From contig OZ024749.1 of NCBI GenBank assembly GCA_964016885.1, positions 38,688,001-38,752,000 on the forward strand: a stretch of DNA of 64,000 nt. Reading direction: 5' to 3'. A program made the translations under genes and the position numbers. This DNA comes from Eledone cirrhosa. Taxonomy: Eukaryota. Below, piece after piece: positions 61,701 through 64,000 of this stretch. Below the pieces are notes generated by a model. That model ran no database searches, was not told the DNA's origin, and worked only from the letters and a program-made list of their open reading frames with translations. Position 1 is the stretch's first letter. The number at the start of each line of letters is the position of its first letter.

Positions 61701-61981
61701 TAAGAAAAAGTGAAAGTTGGCAATGTTTATCAGTCAGTGACATTGAGGATGTCAAAATGGAAGCTGTAGAGATAACGGACATAAGTAACCATGACGACCA
61801 CCCAAAGAGTACCCATTAACTGAGTGCTTATGTATGTATGTATGTATGTATGTATATGTATGTATGTATATATATATATATGTATGTATATATATATATA
61901 TGTATATATATGTATGTATATATATATATGTATATATATATGTATGTGTATATATATGTGTGTATATATATATATGTATGT

Positions 61982-62016
<35 letters not shown>

Positions 62017-62270
62017 CATATGTATGTATTTACATATATATATGTATTTACATATATATATGTATTTACATATATATATATATATTTACATATATATATG
62101 TATTTACATATATATATGCATATATATATACATATAAATATATGCATATATATATATGAATGTATATATATGCATATATATATATTAATGTATATATATA
62201 CATATATTTATATGTATATGTATATATGTATGTATATATATATATACATATATACATATATGTATATGTT

Positions 62271-62303
<33 letters not shown>

Positions 62304-62784
62304 ACATATGTATGTATGTATATATATGTGTATGTGTGTTGACTTCGTAATTTACTTAAAAACAGTGTTTATTGATATATCTGCAGTTTTCATTTAAGTC
62401 TGTTTTTTCAGATACGTTTTATATTATGTTTCGTTGATATTAGAAGAGCGGAAATGTACGGGTTGAGTATCTATTGTCCAATATCCTCTCCTTATAATGT
62501 TACTATTACCTAGATTTGGTGTTAAACAAACTTCTGTTTTAACTTGGTCGGTCTGAAGGAAAAGATAATGCCGTTGGCATTCTGAAATCCTCCAATAATA
62601 ATAGTTTCTACTTTTGGCACAAGGCCAGTAAATACCCAGTACATTACTGGTACTTTATTTTATCGACCCCGTAAGGATGAAAGGCAAAGTTAACCTCCAA
62701 TAATAATGCCAGGCAGGTCTGGAGAAAGGGGACAGTACTCATGACCTTCACTATCTCTCCGAGACTGGAGAGATCGATACTATT

Positions 62785-63379
62785 AATACTCTGAAGTCTG
62801 CCATATCTAGCACAATGTCAAAAATAGATAAAGACTAGCAGAATGGCCCGGCGTTGCTCGGGATTCTAAACATAGATTGGCATGTTTATCCCTCTTTTCT
62901 GAAACAGTACAGAGAGAAGTACGGAATATATCGGCCTCGGGATGGTGTCTACATTTTGTGCTTATAAAATACTCTGAAGTCTGCCATATCTAGCACAATG
63001 TCAAAAATAGATAAAGACTAGCAGAATGGCCCGGCGTTGCTCGGGATTCTAAACATAGATTGGCATGTTTATCCCTCTTTTCTGAAACAGTACAGAGAAG
63101 TACGGAATATCTCGGCCTCGGGGTGGTGTCTACATTTTGTGCTTATAAAATACTCTGAAGTCTGCCATATCTAGCACAATGTCAAAAATAGATAAAGACT
63201 AGCAGAATGGCCCGGCGTTGCTCGGGATTCTAAACATAGATTGGCATGTTTATCCCTCTTTTCTGAAACAGTACAGAGAAGTACGGAATATCTCGGCCTC
63301 GGGATGGTGTCTACATTTTGTGCTTATAAAATACTCTGAAGTCTGCCATATCTAGCACAATGTCAAAAATAGATAAAGA
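62785..63379. repeat. About 182 bp tandem repeat (3.3 copies) containing a Helitron-like 3' end
   Basis: CTAG at 62835, 63018 and 63199; the minus strand reads CCCGAGCAACGCCGGG hairpin...CTAG|T. Confidence 0.8.
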
Positions 63380-63595
63380 TAATCTGATTTGGTCATGTCA
63401 ACGTTTCAGACTTCGTATTGAAATAATCATCGATGTTAATGGCGGTTTCATTGAATAGATTATTCATGGAAATCTTTTCTAAAATAAGTTCCTCTTTCAT
63501 GACTTATTTGTCTTTTATCAAAATCATACACATGTCCTCAAAGAACTGAGCAGCTCTGTACATCCTATCAAAAATGATAACTCTTTGTGTATTCG

Positions 63596-63797
63596 GTTAT
63601 AAAAAGATACACCGTATCCTTGCGTGCATCTTGTTTAGAAAAGATATACCGTATCCTTGCGTGCATCTTGTTTAGAAAAGATATACCGTATCCTTGCGTG
63701 CATCTTGTTTAGAAAAGATATACCGTATCCTTGCGTGCATCTTGTTTAGAAAAGATATACCGTATCCTTGCGTATATCCGGTTTAGAAAAGATACAC
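63596..63797. repeat. 37 bp tandem repeat, about 5 copies
   Basis: GTTTAGAAAAGATA at 63633, 63670, 63707, 63744 and 63781. Confidence 0.93.
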
Positions 63798-64000
63798 TGA
63801 GTCCCTGTCTGTCTTATGTGGCACCTCAAATGGTAAGTGTCAAGAATTGCATCCGACTGTAAAACATTCCCTTTAAAAAGACGTCTGTGATGTGTACGAA
63901 GACTGTCATAAGGTCTAGATTGATAACCCTTACTTTAGCAGAGGAAATGGCCTTAAAACACTTATGTTGTTTCATTTAATTACAACTTCTTTTTATTTGT

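Overview
This is a eukaryotic, AT-rich, microsatellite-saturated window; the repeat landscape suggests an octopod cephalopod, which is an inference. It holds one real host gene on the + strand: a multi-exon SLC22/Orct-like organic cation transporter (MFS). Nine coding exons at 26297-58320 splice in frame through GT-AG introns into about 531 aa; the terminal exon is uncertain. The rest is repeats: many copies of a tRNA-derived SINE, a second SINE family, RTE and R4/Dong-like LINE relics, two Penelope-like (PLE) RT/GIY-YIG relics, non-autonomous Helitrons, MITEs, and mini- and microsatellites. Nearly all ORFs in the supplied track are microsatellite artefacts. The most striking structure is a dozen or so sequence-unrelated elements embedded in (TA)n runs that share one asymmetric fold-back architecture: an inverted tail-less arm, a spacer, then a direct arm plus a 45-130 bp tail that usually carries an ACTC...GAGT hairpin. 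Most carry a minimal hammerhead ribozyme motif (CUGANGA...GAAA, short often palindromic stem III, NUH). A PLE relic at 14395-15946 has the same architecture, which ties these palindromes to (TA)n-targeted Penelope-like retrotransposition. Several lie in introns of the transporter.
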